A stretch of DNA of 63,509 nucleotides, the filler included, from Octopus bimaculoides (Eukaryota): NCBI RefSeq assembly GCF_001194135.2. It is 8 parts of 6 records of this genome, joined end to end, with 100 filler letters (N's around TTAATTAATTAA, not from the genome) between each part and the next. Parts side by side here need not be neighbours in the genome. Positions count along the whole stretch, not along the records: positions 43,528 to 56,742 come from NC_068993.1; positions 56,843 to 58,735 come from NC_068985.1; positions 58,836 to 61,238 come from NW_026344960.1; positions 61,339 to 63,509 come from NW_026376561.1; 4 more parts are not named here. One strand, written 5' to 3'. Under the pieces are notes generated by a model, which saw only the letters and a list, made by a program, of their open reading frames with translations, ran no database searches and was not told the DNA's origin. Of this stretch, positions 52,771-63,509 are shown piece after piece. The position numbers and the translations under genes are program-made. Numbering within the stretch: position 1 is the stretch's first letter; every line of letters begins with the position of its first letter.

Positions 52771-54157
52771 AATTCATAAATAGGTATTTGTAATGTATTA
52801 GGGGGTAGGAAGTGATGTACCAGTAATACACTTGGGATAAGAACTCAATTGACATTAGTCATTTGTACAATGTGTGGCATTAAAAAAGTTTTTAATCATC
52901 ATCATCATTATTACTATCATTAAGCTGGTGAGTCACAGAATTGTTAGCATGCCAGACAAACTGGTTACTGACATTTCATCTGTCTTTACATTCTGGGTTC
53001 AAATTCCATCAAGGCTGACTTTGTCTTTCATCCTTTCATGATCAATAGAATAAATGTCAGATGAGCACTGGAGGGCTTGATGTAATCAACTTGCCCCCTC
53101 ACACAAAAGCCTCTAAGTTCAAATTACCCCAAGGTTGACTTTACCTTTCATCCTTTTGGGGTAGATGAAATTAAGTACCAGCAAAACACTGGGGTAAGTG
53201 TAATCAACTAGTTCCCTCCCCCAAAAATTTCAGGCCTTGTGCCTTTAGTAGAAAGGCTTATTATTATTATTATCATTATTATTATTGTTGTTGTTGTTGT
53301 TGTTGTTGTTATTATTTAAGGTGGTGAGCTGGCAGAATTGTTAGCACACCAGGTAAAATGCTTCGCAGCATTTTGTCTGTCTTCATGTTCTGAGTTCAAA
53401 TTGCACTGAGGTCACTTTTGCCTTTCATCCTTTCAGGGTCGATAAAATAAGTAGCAGTCAAGCACTGAGTCGATGTAATCAACTTACCTCTTCCCCAAAA
53501 TTGCTGGACTTGTGCCAAAATTTGAAACCACTATTGTTGTTGGTGGGATTGAATGGCCACTTGTTGTTTATGCTGTGAAGTTTGGTGAAGGAAAGGTTAC
53601 TCAGCCTCTAGAAATCATACCTAGAATATCATGACATATGCAACAATAGAATTGGCTGAGGGCTGGGGGTTTCTCTATTGCTGCATGTGACAGATGACAG
53701 GAGATTACAACAATGGTGAGAGACACTTTGAGATCTTGAAAAAAAAGAAACTGACATAACATAATGATGATTTAGTAATACCAGGAGGCACTAGATGTCA
53801 TAATTAGAAAAGCACCGGCCGAAACATCTTGCTGGTATTTAGTTGTTCCCCCGGAGGTTATGTCCCTCCATCAACTTTGCTTTTCACAAACCAAGAAGGG
53901 AGCTTCTATGCAGTTGCTTAACTCACTAGAAATAGCAGCCAGAAAGCCGGCAAGCTGGCAGAAACGTTAGCACGCAGGGCGAAATGCTTAGAGGTATTTC
54001 GTCTGCCGCTACGTTCTGAGTTCAAATTCTGCCGAGGTTGACTTTGTCTTTCATCTTCTTGGGGTTGATAAATTAAGTACCAGTGAAATACTGGGGTTGA
54101 TGTAATTGACTAGTCCCCTTCTCCAAAATTGCAGACCTTGTGCCTTTAGTAGAAAGG

Positions 54158-54189
<32 letters not shown>

Positions 54190-54399
54190 GGTGGTGAGCT
54201 GGCAGAATTGTTGGCAAACTGGACGAAATGCTTAGTGGTATTTCACCTGTTGCTACATTCTGAGTTCAAATTCCACCGAGGTCGACTTTGCCTTTCATCC
54301 TTTCGGGGTCAATAAATTAAGTACCAGTTGAATGCTGGGGTCACTGTAATTGACACATCCCCTCCCCCAAAATGGCTGCCCTTGTGGCAAATTTGAAAC

Positions 54400-54456
<57 letters not shown>

Positions 54457-54683
54457 TATTATTATTATTAAGGCGGCAAGTTGGCAGAACCGTTAGCATG
54501 CCGGGCAAAATGCTTAGCGGTATTCCACCCATAGCAACATTCTGAGTTCAAATTCCGCTGAGGTTGACTTTGCTTTTTATTCTTTCAGGGTTAATAAATT
54601 AGGCACCAGTGAAACACTGAGGTCGATGTAACCAACTAGTCCCCCTCCCCTGAATTTCAATCCTTGTGCCTTTAATAGAAAGG

Positions 54684-54755
<72 letters not shown>

Positions 54756-56695
54756 GGTGTTAAGGTGGTAAGCTGGCAGAGTCATTACCAGGCTGAACAA
54801 AATGCCTAGTAGCATTTCATCTGTCTTTATGTTCTGAGTTCAAATTCCGCTGAGGTTGACTTTTCTTTTCATCTTTTCAAGGTCGATGCAGCCAACTTAC
54901 TCCTTCCCTCAAAATTGCTGGCCTTGTGTCAAAATTTGAAACCGTCATTATTATCATTATTGAGGTTAGATTGGCAGAATTGCGAGAGCATTGAAGAAAA
55001 TGGCTTGGTCTGGTTCTTTCATCATTTTGGGGTTCATGAAATACAGTATCAGTCAAGCAGTAGGGTTGATATAATCAATTAAACACCTCCCCATCAAATT
55101 TCTGGCCTTGTGCCTATGATAGAAATTATTATTATTATTGTTTTAATTAATGATGGTAGCCAGTGCATAATGAAAGGCAAGGGGAGTGAGTAAATTAAAG
55201 GGAAATAGAATAAAAGACAGACAGGGGACAAGGAAAGGTCTGTGGTGTTGGTAGTGGAACTGGTAATCTGATGGTGCTGGTGGAAATGATGATGATGATG
55301 ATGATGGAAATAGTGGTGGCTGTGGCAGTGTAGTGGTGGTGGTGGTGGTGGTGGTATCTGTGGCAGTGTGGCGGTGGTGGGTTGGGCAGCAGTTGCAATC
55401 TTGGAATCTTGAACTAGTTCTTTCACATCATAAACCATCAACGAAAGAGTTTTTCGAAATTGAATTTCTTAACAAGGAATACTAGTATTGATTTTAATAA
55501 TAACAACCACAACAACAACAACAACAACAACAACAATAGTAACAACACAAATGATGATGATGATGATGATGATGATTACTGGCATAGTCTAAATGTGCTA
55601 CAGATCTATTTCTGATGACAGCAGTGTTGAGTCAGAAGCACACGGTTGGTTCTACTGGTTTACAATCAGTATTTCCAACAACTTAGAACAAAATCAATAT
55701 TAAGATAATGATAACAACAACAACAACAACAACAACACAATCACTACCACTATCACCACCACCACCACCACCACCACCATTACCAATAATAATGATAATA
55801 ATAATAATAATAATGATAATAATAATAATAATGACAGCAGCAGTATTAATAGTGTTAGCAATAATAAAAGTCACGGCGGTGGTGGCAATAGTGGTGGTGG
55901 TGGTGGTGGTAGTAGTAATTGCTGTTGTTGTTGTTATAGAGAAATAAAAGAAAGGAAGGAGAATTCGCAGAAATATAATTTATCTTTTATTGGATCTATG
56001 CAACTTCCGATGGTTTTGATTAGAGGTTGAAAAAGTGTGTGTGTATATGTGTGTATGTAAATATGTGTCTAAGTGTATGTGTGTGTGAGAGAGTGTGTAT
56101 ATTGGCAGACATGATGGTGGAGGCGAGGGTGGGAGCTAAGTGAGTGGGTGGGTGGGGTGGTTATGTATCGAGGTAAAATACATAAAAATATATTACTGAT
56201 GTTAATATTCAAATTGAATATATGTGGATTATGTATGTATGGTCAGATCTATATATTGTGTATATATATGTGTGTGTATGTGTGTGTGTGTGTGTGTGTT
56301 TGTGTTGAATTGTAGTTTGGCATTGAAACCTAAATTATGTATATTGTATATGTTTTTATATGTGTGTATTTACATATGTATATTTGTGTTTGTATGTATT
56401 CATGTATGTATGTATATCTTTGTATGTATATGAATATGTGGTCATCTGTTTGTGCGTCTGTGCCAGTGTCTGTGTTGATATCTAAATATTAAAATTACAT
56501 ATATTGTGTCTATGTATGTATTGTGTGTGTGTGATTGTGTTATGCATCTATACACATTATAAATATATAAGTTACTAGCTTCAGATTTTATGATGATGAT
56601 GTGTATGCATGCACATACACGCATATATTTATGTGTGTATGTGTTCATGTATCTCTGTCTCTCTCTTTCTCTCTCTCTCTTCTCTCCCTCTCTCT

Positions 56696-56742
<47 letters not shown>

Positions 56743-56842
56743 NNNNNNNNNNNNNNNNNNNNNNNNNNNNNNNNNNNNNNNNNNNNTTAATTAATTAANN
56801 NNNNNNNNNNNNNNNNNNNNNNNNNNNNNNNNNNNNNNNNNN

Positions 56843-56881
<39 letters not shown>

Positions 56882-57286
56882 ATAGGTGCGTGTGTGCGCG
56901 CACGCTTGTTTGAGTAAGTCGCAGGTGTTTCTTCTTGAATCACATCTATTCATTCCATTATTACAATCCAATATGGAGTCTCAGTTGCTACTGTATGTTA
57001 GTCAAAATTAATGGTAGTCAAAGTTTACCCACCAAAATTCCAATTTCCTGTTTTGTACTGTGTATATATATATATATATATACACCCACACACATGTATA
57101 CATTTGAGCAGTGTCAATGGAATAAAGTGTTGTCTTGAAGAACGCTTGTGGATAAGCATTCCAACTGTAGAATGAGCAGTCACTCTAGAGTTTGTAAATG
57201 GCAGCCAGCAAACATGGGTAGGGAACAAATGGTATAAAATGCATATTGTGTTTAACATATTTTTGCGCGCGCGTGTGTGTGTGTGC

Positions 57287-57325
<39 letters not shown>

Positions 57326-58692
57326 TCTAGGTACGTTACTTTAAAGGCCACAAACTACTTCACTCAAACTAATATTGTATCTGTATATAGAAAAAAATTA
57401 GGGCTACGTAGATTATTGAATCATACGTTTGTTTTTACGACCAATATCGCTAAACTAACAAACCTATAGCGTACCTTACTGCTTACTATGTTGAATGTCA
57501 TGCAAACATTCTTTTATTTAGTATCCTCCAGTGAACATTTTGGCTTTCCTTTTCCAAGATAAACTATGTGCTGCCATATGATAATATTGTGTATCAGTGA
57601 CAGTGAGCTGCTGTCCACTGTACGAAATGTATTTATAATACATCATTATCCAGGATCGCTAGCCCTGTTAGATAAAGTAGCGAAGTTTCCCTTGAATCAC
57701 ATCACGCCAAATTTTTCAAAATATAGCCCTAGAGTGCTTACGCCTGCATAAAAGATGAACAGTTAGCGCTGAGGTTTTTTGAATGTACGTTACCTTCTCA
57801 GGAATAAGCTGGGACAGAAGGCCAGAAAGTAACCGAAGGACCTGTAAGGTACATAGTTCGTCATGAATATTTGGTCTTAAAAATCACAATTAAATTTGTA
57901 ACTTAATTACCCAGCAATGGGCTCAAAAATGCCGAAATTAATTTTGGTGCTCTCGTTGGCTGCTACTGGGACGAATGTTCGTCTCTTCGACATTCATTTT
58001 GTTTTTAACACAGCAAATCTATATAAGATGTTATCACAGGACAAATACTTCAGCAACTAGCCCATCAACAATGTGTATACATTAAATATGATACATACGT
58101 TGCTATTTTAATTTAATACTGCCTCAATTTCGTACGCCGAATTTTATTCCATTGGGTGACTACTCTTGAATATTTAATTAAAGTTTCTCTATATCAGATA
58201 CTGCGAAATGTTCGAGCTTTTGGAGTTGCCATGGTTACGCTATATTGAAAAGGACCAAAATGGACAAAATACATCTCTCCTACTCTTGCAGCAAGTGGGC
58301 TAATTAATTGTTGGGTTTATAACGCAGCATGTCCATAAGAGATGTTATCTCGGAAAAAATACACCACTAACTGGTTATGACGGTGTGTATACACTAAATA
58401 TGATGCATTAATTTCAGCGAGTTTGATTATATAACGCCTTGATTGAGTAACCTGTAGTTTATTAAAATTTCAATTCAAATATTCTTTTATTATTTTATTC
58501 TTTTACTTGTTTCAGTCATTTCACTGCGGCCACACTGGAGCACCGCCCTTAGTCGAGCAAATCGACCCCAGGGTTTATTCTTTGTACGCCTAGTATTTAT
58601 TCTATCGGGCTCTTTTGCCGAACCGCTAGATTACGGGGACGTGAACACACCAGAATCGGTTGTCAAGCGATGGTAGTGGGGGACAAACACGG

Positions 58693-58733
<41 letters not shown>

Positions 58734-58835
58734 CANNNNNNNNNNNNNNNNNNNNNNNNNNNNNNNNNNNNNNNNNNNNTTAATTAATTAANNNNNNNNN
58801 NNNNNNNNNNNNNNNNNNNNNNNNNNNNNNNNNNN

Positions 58836-59248
58836 TAGACTATTGCTCTCAGTTGTGGTCACCACACAGTGTCAAGCAGACAGCAAAACTCGAAGCAATT
58901 CACTGTCACTATACAAAAAAAAGATCACCACAGTCCAACAGATGAACTACAGGGAGCGACTGAAGGCACTAGGTCTCTGCTCCCTGGAGCGCAGGCGGGA
59001 GAGATATGTAATAATATACATATGGAAAATACTGGAAGGACTGGTGCCAAACTTTGGCATCATGTACTACAGGAATGCCCGCATGGGTCGCCACTGCATG
59101 ATGCCAAAGGTGCCGTCCACTGCATCTCACATAAGAACGAGATACTGCAGCAGCCTCGGTGTCATAGGACCTCAGCTCTTCAATGCCCTGCCAAAACATT
59201 TGAGAGACCTGCAAGACATGGATATAGAAGTCTTCAAGATAAAACTCG
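58836..59248 (+). mobile_element. CR1-group LINE, RT C-terminal region
   Basis: It reads LDYCSQLWSPH...MNYRERLKALGLCSLERRRERYVIIYIWKILEGLVPN...GPQLFNALP, with one frameshift. Confidence 0.8.
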
Positions 59249-60013
59249 NNNNNNNNNNNNNNNNNNNNNNNNNNNNNNNNNNNNNNNNNNNNNNNNNNNN
59301 NNNNNNNNNNNNNNNNNNNNNNNNNNNNNNNNNNNNNNNNNNNNNNNNNNNNNNNNNNNNNNNNNNNNNNNNNNNNNNNNNNNNNNNNNNNNNNNNNNNN
59401 NNNNNNNNNNNNNNNNNNNNNNNNNNNNNNNNNNNNNNNNNNNNNNNNNNNNNNNNNNNNNNNNNNNNNNNNNNNNNNNNNNNNNNNNNNNNNNNNNNNN
59501 NNNNNNNNNNNNNNNNNNNNNNNNNNNNNNNNNNNNNNNNNNNNNNNNNNNNNNNNNNNNNNNNNNNNNNNNNNNNNNNNNNNNNNNNNNNNNNNNNNNN
59601 NNNNNNNNNNNNNNNNNNNNNNNNNNNNNNNNNNNNNNNNNNNNNNNNNNNNNNNNNNNNNNNNNNNNNNNNNNNNNNNNNNNNNNNNNNNNNNNNNNNN
59701 NNNNNNNNNNNNNNNNNNNNNNNNNNNNNNNNNNNNNNNNNNNNNNNNNNNNNNNNNNNNNNNNNNNNNNNNNNNNNNNNNNNNNNNNNNNNNNNNNNNN
59801 NNNNNNNNNNNNNNNNNNNNNNNNNNNNNNNNNNNNNNNNNNNNNNNNNNNNNNNNNNNNNNNNNNNNNNNNNNNNNNNNNNNNNNNNNNNNNNNNNNNN
59901 NNNNNNNNNNNNNNNNNNNNNNNNNNNNNNNNNNNNNNNNNNNNNNNNNNNNNNNNNNNNNNNNNNNNNNNNNNNNNNNNNNNNNNNNNNNNNNNNNNNN
60001 NNNNNNNNNNNNN

Positions 60014-60786
60014 GGTTTACATATAGAAGTACAAAATACATAAGGAATTAGAGAATGAACAGAAGTTTAATCTTACAGCTGTTTCGGCCTAGTTTTAGCA
60101 TGCCCCATGCTATCCGAATATTTCTTGCCGGAGTGATTATCGGATGACATGTTGAAATGGGGTTACATGCCCGAACCGCTAGGCTCTTCAGAGATTCACA
60201 AAGGGTTTCATACAAATATAGAGCAAGAGGTAAAAACAGAGGTGTGGTAGAGACCAGAAGAAAAACAATAGCAAAAATAAGATAGAAATAAAAAATAGAA
60301 TTAAAATCAAAATCAAAATAAAAATAAGGGTACAGCAGGAAAATAATAATAATAATAATAAGAATAATAAAGAATACATAAATGAAAAATGAAAGTATAG
60401 CATGTGGGACATGTAAAAATATATAAAAGAATATATATAAACAAAACCCTAAAAATACAAGGCACACAAAGAGCCTAACAAACATTATAAATAGGTAGCT
60501 ATAGACATTCCAATGCACGTATATATATGTGTGGGTTCATGTGCATAACCCTACTTGGATGTCCCCTTACTCCCATATGTGCATATACAAGTATTTATAA
60601 ACATGCATTCCACCACATACGCGGTTCAGGCATGTAACCCCATTTCAACATGTCATCCGATGATCACTCCGGCAAGAAATATTCGGATAGAATGGGGCAT
60701 GCTAAAACTAGGCCGAAACAACTGTAAGATTAAACTTCTGTTCATTCTCTAATTCCTTATGTACTTAGTACTTCTATATGTAAACC
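60014..60786. repeat. 166-bp near-perfect inverted repeat (60014-60179 / 60621-60786) around an A-rich spacer; probably an inverted Penelope pseudo-LTR
   Basis: The arms are direct reverse complements with few mismatches. The left arm is cut by the N gap. Confidence 0.85.
60069..60196 (-). ncRNA. Minimal type-I hammerhead ribozyme motif with an 86-nt loop-2 insert
   Basis: The minus strand reads AAUCU-CUGAAGA-GCCUAG-[86 nt]-CUAGGCC-GAAA-C-AGCU-G-UA-(cleavage)-AGAUU. Stem I (5 bp), stem II (6 bp plus one bulged C) and a short stem III with the palindrome ACAGCUGU all pair. Confidence 0.75.
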
Positions 60787-61054
60787 AGGTTGGCAAAATA
60801 ACATAGTTTGTCATAGACACCTGTGCTTTGGTTTTTTCTTTCTTTTTTTCTTTCTTTTTGTCACTTTAGCTACGAATTGAATTAATGAATTCAACGGGAT
60901 ACATTGTCTGCAAGTAGTTGGGTTCAGCATATTATCCTCCATTTTCTAATTGTTATATATATATATATATATATATTTAAATATATATATATATATATAT
61001 ATAANNNNNNNNNNTATATATATATTTAAATATATATATATATATATTTGTGAT

Positions 61055-61238
61055 TGTTGCCAGAGCAGCTGTCTGGCTTCCGTGCCGGTGGCACGTAAAT
61101 AGCACCATTTGAGCGTGATTGTTACCAATGTCGCCTTCCTGGCACGTGAAAAGACATTCAAGTGAGATCGTTGCCAGTGCCGCTGGACTTGGCTCCTGTG
61201 CAGGTGGCACGTAAAATACACCATTTCGAGCGTGGTCG
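61055..61238 (+). mobile_element. RTE 3' UTR fragment with GTGCCGGTGGCAC hairpin repeats
   Basis: It matches 31310-31555. Confidence 0.75.
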
Positions 61239-61338
61239 NNNNNNNNNNNNNNNNNNNNNNNNNNNNNNNNNNNNNNNNNNNNTTAATTAATTAANNNNNN
61301 NNNNNNNNNNNNNNNNNNNNNNNNNNNNNNNNNNNNNN

Positions 61339-61790
61339 CACGGTAAGCGTCAGTCGCCGATCTGTCCAAGATGCGGGAGAGACAGGGAAACCGTCCCTGA
61401 CGCTATTGTTCAGTGTCCGGAGATATCTGAAATGTGGGCTTATGCTGAACACCTGTTGTCCGAAGAAGGAAGAGTACGGCTGCCGACTGAGTCAATTATA
61501 AAAATTGACCCACCGGGAGTTTTAACAAATGAAGGTAAGAATTGTTTTCGGACGGTTGTAGCAATAGCGAAAGAGGCAGTATGGAAGACTAGGATAAAAG
61601 GAATTAAGACAGGCAACTTTATCTCTGGCCACAATTTACGTTCATTTTTTTACTTTTCATTTGAAAAGGAAAGTGTGGCTGGAGAGGAGATGTCTGTCGG
61701 AGTGTACGTTCCAAAAGAGATGGAAGCATATTGCACGAGTGTTGTGCGTGCAAGGAACCGTGTGAATAGACGGGAAAAAAAGGAAAAATA
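61339..61790 (+). mobile_element. Tx1/L1-clade LINE C-terminal zinc-knuckle region
   Basis: It reads CPRCGRDRETVPDAIVQC (a degenerate CCHC with H replaced by D)...AIAKEAVWKTR, followed by a frameshift. Confidence 0.65.
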
Positions 61791-61974
61791 AAAGAAAGGT
61801 GCCAGCGATAGATCGGGGCTTGTGGGGTCGGAGCGTGGGCTCATCATCGCTTCATTTGTGTTGTCTAACGTACTGTTAATATCATTCGATTTTTTTATAT
61901 TTTATATAATTTTTAAAGTCATATTTTATGTAAACCATTCGCATTACTGATCCCAATCAGTTGTTTTGTACCAT

Positions 61975-62425
61975 TCGATGTTTAGCCCCCCGTGGGCAAT
62001 AAAGAAATTGGTATTTCGTCTGTCTTTACGTTCCAAGTTCAAATTCCGCCGAGGTCGACTTTGCCTTTCATCCTTTCGGGGTCGCTATAATCGACTTAAA
62101 CCGTTTGTCTGTCCTTGTTTCTCCCCTCTGTGTTTAGCCCTTTGTGGGCAGTAAAGAAATAAGAAAAGTTAGCACGCTGGGCGAAATGTTTAGCGATATT
62201 TCCTCTGCCGCTACGTTCTTCTGAGTTCAAATTTCGCCGAGGTCGACTTCTTTCATCCTTTCGGGTCGATAAATTATGTACTAGTTGCGTACTGGAGTCG
62301 ATCTAATCGACTGGCCCCCTCCCCTAATATTTTGGGCCTAGTGCCTAGAGTAGAAAAGAATTTTTGTAGATAAAGCCGGTGAGCTGGTAGAAACGTTAGC
62401 ATGCCGGCCCTAGAGTAGAAAAGAA
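61975..62425 (+). mobile_element. Tandem family B SINE copies, CpG-intact
   Basis: The core GAGGTCGACTTTGCCTTTCATCCTTTCGGGGTCG occurs twice, with different tails, followed by a short third head. Confidence 0.8.
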
Positions 62426-62854
62426 TATATTTAGATGCGTGCTATAATGATCTGAGAGTTTGTACATTTCTTATTTCGCCTTTTGACCAAGGAAGATCCA
62501 GGTCAGTAAAATACATTATTTCAAATTTGTTTCGTTTTGCTAGTATTGGTAAAAACTATTTTCCTTGCAGAAGCAAGAATATTTTGAGTTTTTCGTTTTC
62601 AAATTTCCGATTTCCAAATTAGAACATATAACTCCAAAACGCTTTCCAAATTTAAGTGTATGGTTGCTGTATGGACCCGTACAATATTTTTCAGGGATAC
62701 GAAATAAGCATCCGATATCTAACATACTTCAGTCAATGGGCCATGATACCACAAATCTTAACTTAAAAATGACTCAACTGATCCTATAAAATGGTCCTAT
62801 TAAGTTAGACTTGGCCTTGGTCAATCTTTGATCGAACCATATCTTAAGTTATCG

Positions 62855-63016
62855 GCGAAAGTAAAGAATACGCTCTCCCGGCGTTTAGAATTAGGGTTAG
62901 GGTTTAGGGATAGCCTTAAGGTTTAGAGCTAGGATTTGGGCTTAGTGTTAGGATTAAGGTTAGGGTTTTTGTTACGCCGAAAACGGGTGGTGTTCGTATT
63001 CGTTACCTCCGCTAAG
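62855..63016. mobile_element. Small inverted-repeat element enclosing a degenerate (TTAGGG)n array
   Basis: GCGAAAGTAAAGAATACG pairs with CGTATTCGTTACCTCCGC. An inner CGGCGT/ACGCCG pair brackets TTAGGG-like repeats at 62891-62966. Confidence 0.5.
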
Positions 63017-63509
63017 TTATCTAATATTTTAAGTATAATTCGAACTAAATACATCCAGCTATGATTTCAAACTGAAGTGGCTTCAATAATTAAGTTCAAT
63101 TATTAAATTCAATTATTATTTTTTGCTGTTTTGGCCTTTCGTTCATCCTTACGTTCAAATACCGCTAAGGTCGATCGACTTTGCCTTGCATTCTTTCGGG
63201 GTCGATCAAGAAAGTATCAATTGAACATAGATGTTATAGACTGGCTTTCTTCCCGTAAATTGCCAGCCTTTTGCCAAAATTTGAAACTATTACATTTTGT
63301 TGCTTTTTCTTTTGTTTTTAAATTCTTGAAACGTGTAGACTTTCGTTCTTTTCAAGGCCCAATTCCTGTTTATAACAATATAACGATATAATTTTTTCAA
63401 TAGGAAACTTGTAATCCTATTTTATAAAACCCAAAGAAAAAGCAAAGGATCCAAATTTGGCAGAAAACGCTAACTACCCAGTCCGCTTACTTTATCTTGT
63501 TTTTTTTTT

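Larger units (their letters stand above)
45238..55120 (+). repeat. Dense cluster of family B (MetaSINE-like) copies, many head-to-tail and separated by (ATT)n
   Basis: Copies start at about 45238, 45472, 46243, 50333, 50440, 51370, 51602, 52920, 53130, 53318, 53945, 54188, 54470, 54763 and 54960. Minus-strand copies lie at about 46845-47200. Confidence 0.8.

Noticed and set aside
53812-53835. GGCCGAAAC motif like the one in the 60 kb ribozyme
   Set aside because: I found no upstream CUGANGA with a complementary stem II.
55094-55947. His/Pro/Thr/Val-rich ORFs resembling low-complexity proteins
   Set aside because: They are mixed trinucleotide repeats (GGT, GAT, CAA, AAT) open in several frames, with no splice or domain evidence.
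62891-62966. True telomere
   Set aside because: It is short, degenerate, internal and enclosed by inverted repeats.

Overview
This window is eukaryotic, AT-rich and full of microsatellites. The SINE/LINE content suggests a coleoid cephalopod, probably Octopus (inference, not searched). It is not one locus. Seven identical 100-bp linkers (44 N + TTAATTAATTAA + 44 N) join eight separate scaffolds: 1-13484, 13585-26753, 26854-33081, 33182-43427, 43528-56742, 56843-58735, 58836-61238 and 61339-63509. Most of the sequence is transposon debris: Penelope-like, RTE, R4/Dong-type RLE, CR1 and Tx1 LINE remnants, mariner and MULE remnants, and several tRNA-derived SINE families. Two host genes are partly visible. 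The first is a run of five micro-exons (38/31/50/31/50 nt) that the ORF track misses; they splice in frame into a Tyr-motif-rich protein with a duplicated 27-aa repeat. The second is a 1618-nt minus-strand exon encoding two ZC3H7/HELZ2-N-terminus-like zinc-finger modules. The strongest non-coding find is a complete minimal type-I hammerhead ribozyme motif with an 86-nt structured insert in loop 2, lying in one arm of a 166-bp inverted repeat (60014-60786). A 1.1-kb long-TIR foldback element (12097-13204) also stands out. All domain and family calls come from motif recognition by eye; no database searches were run.
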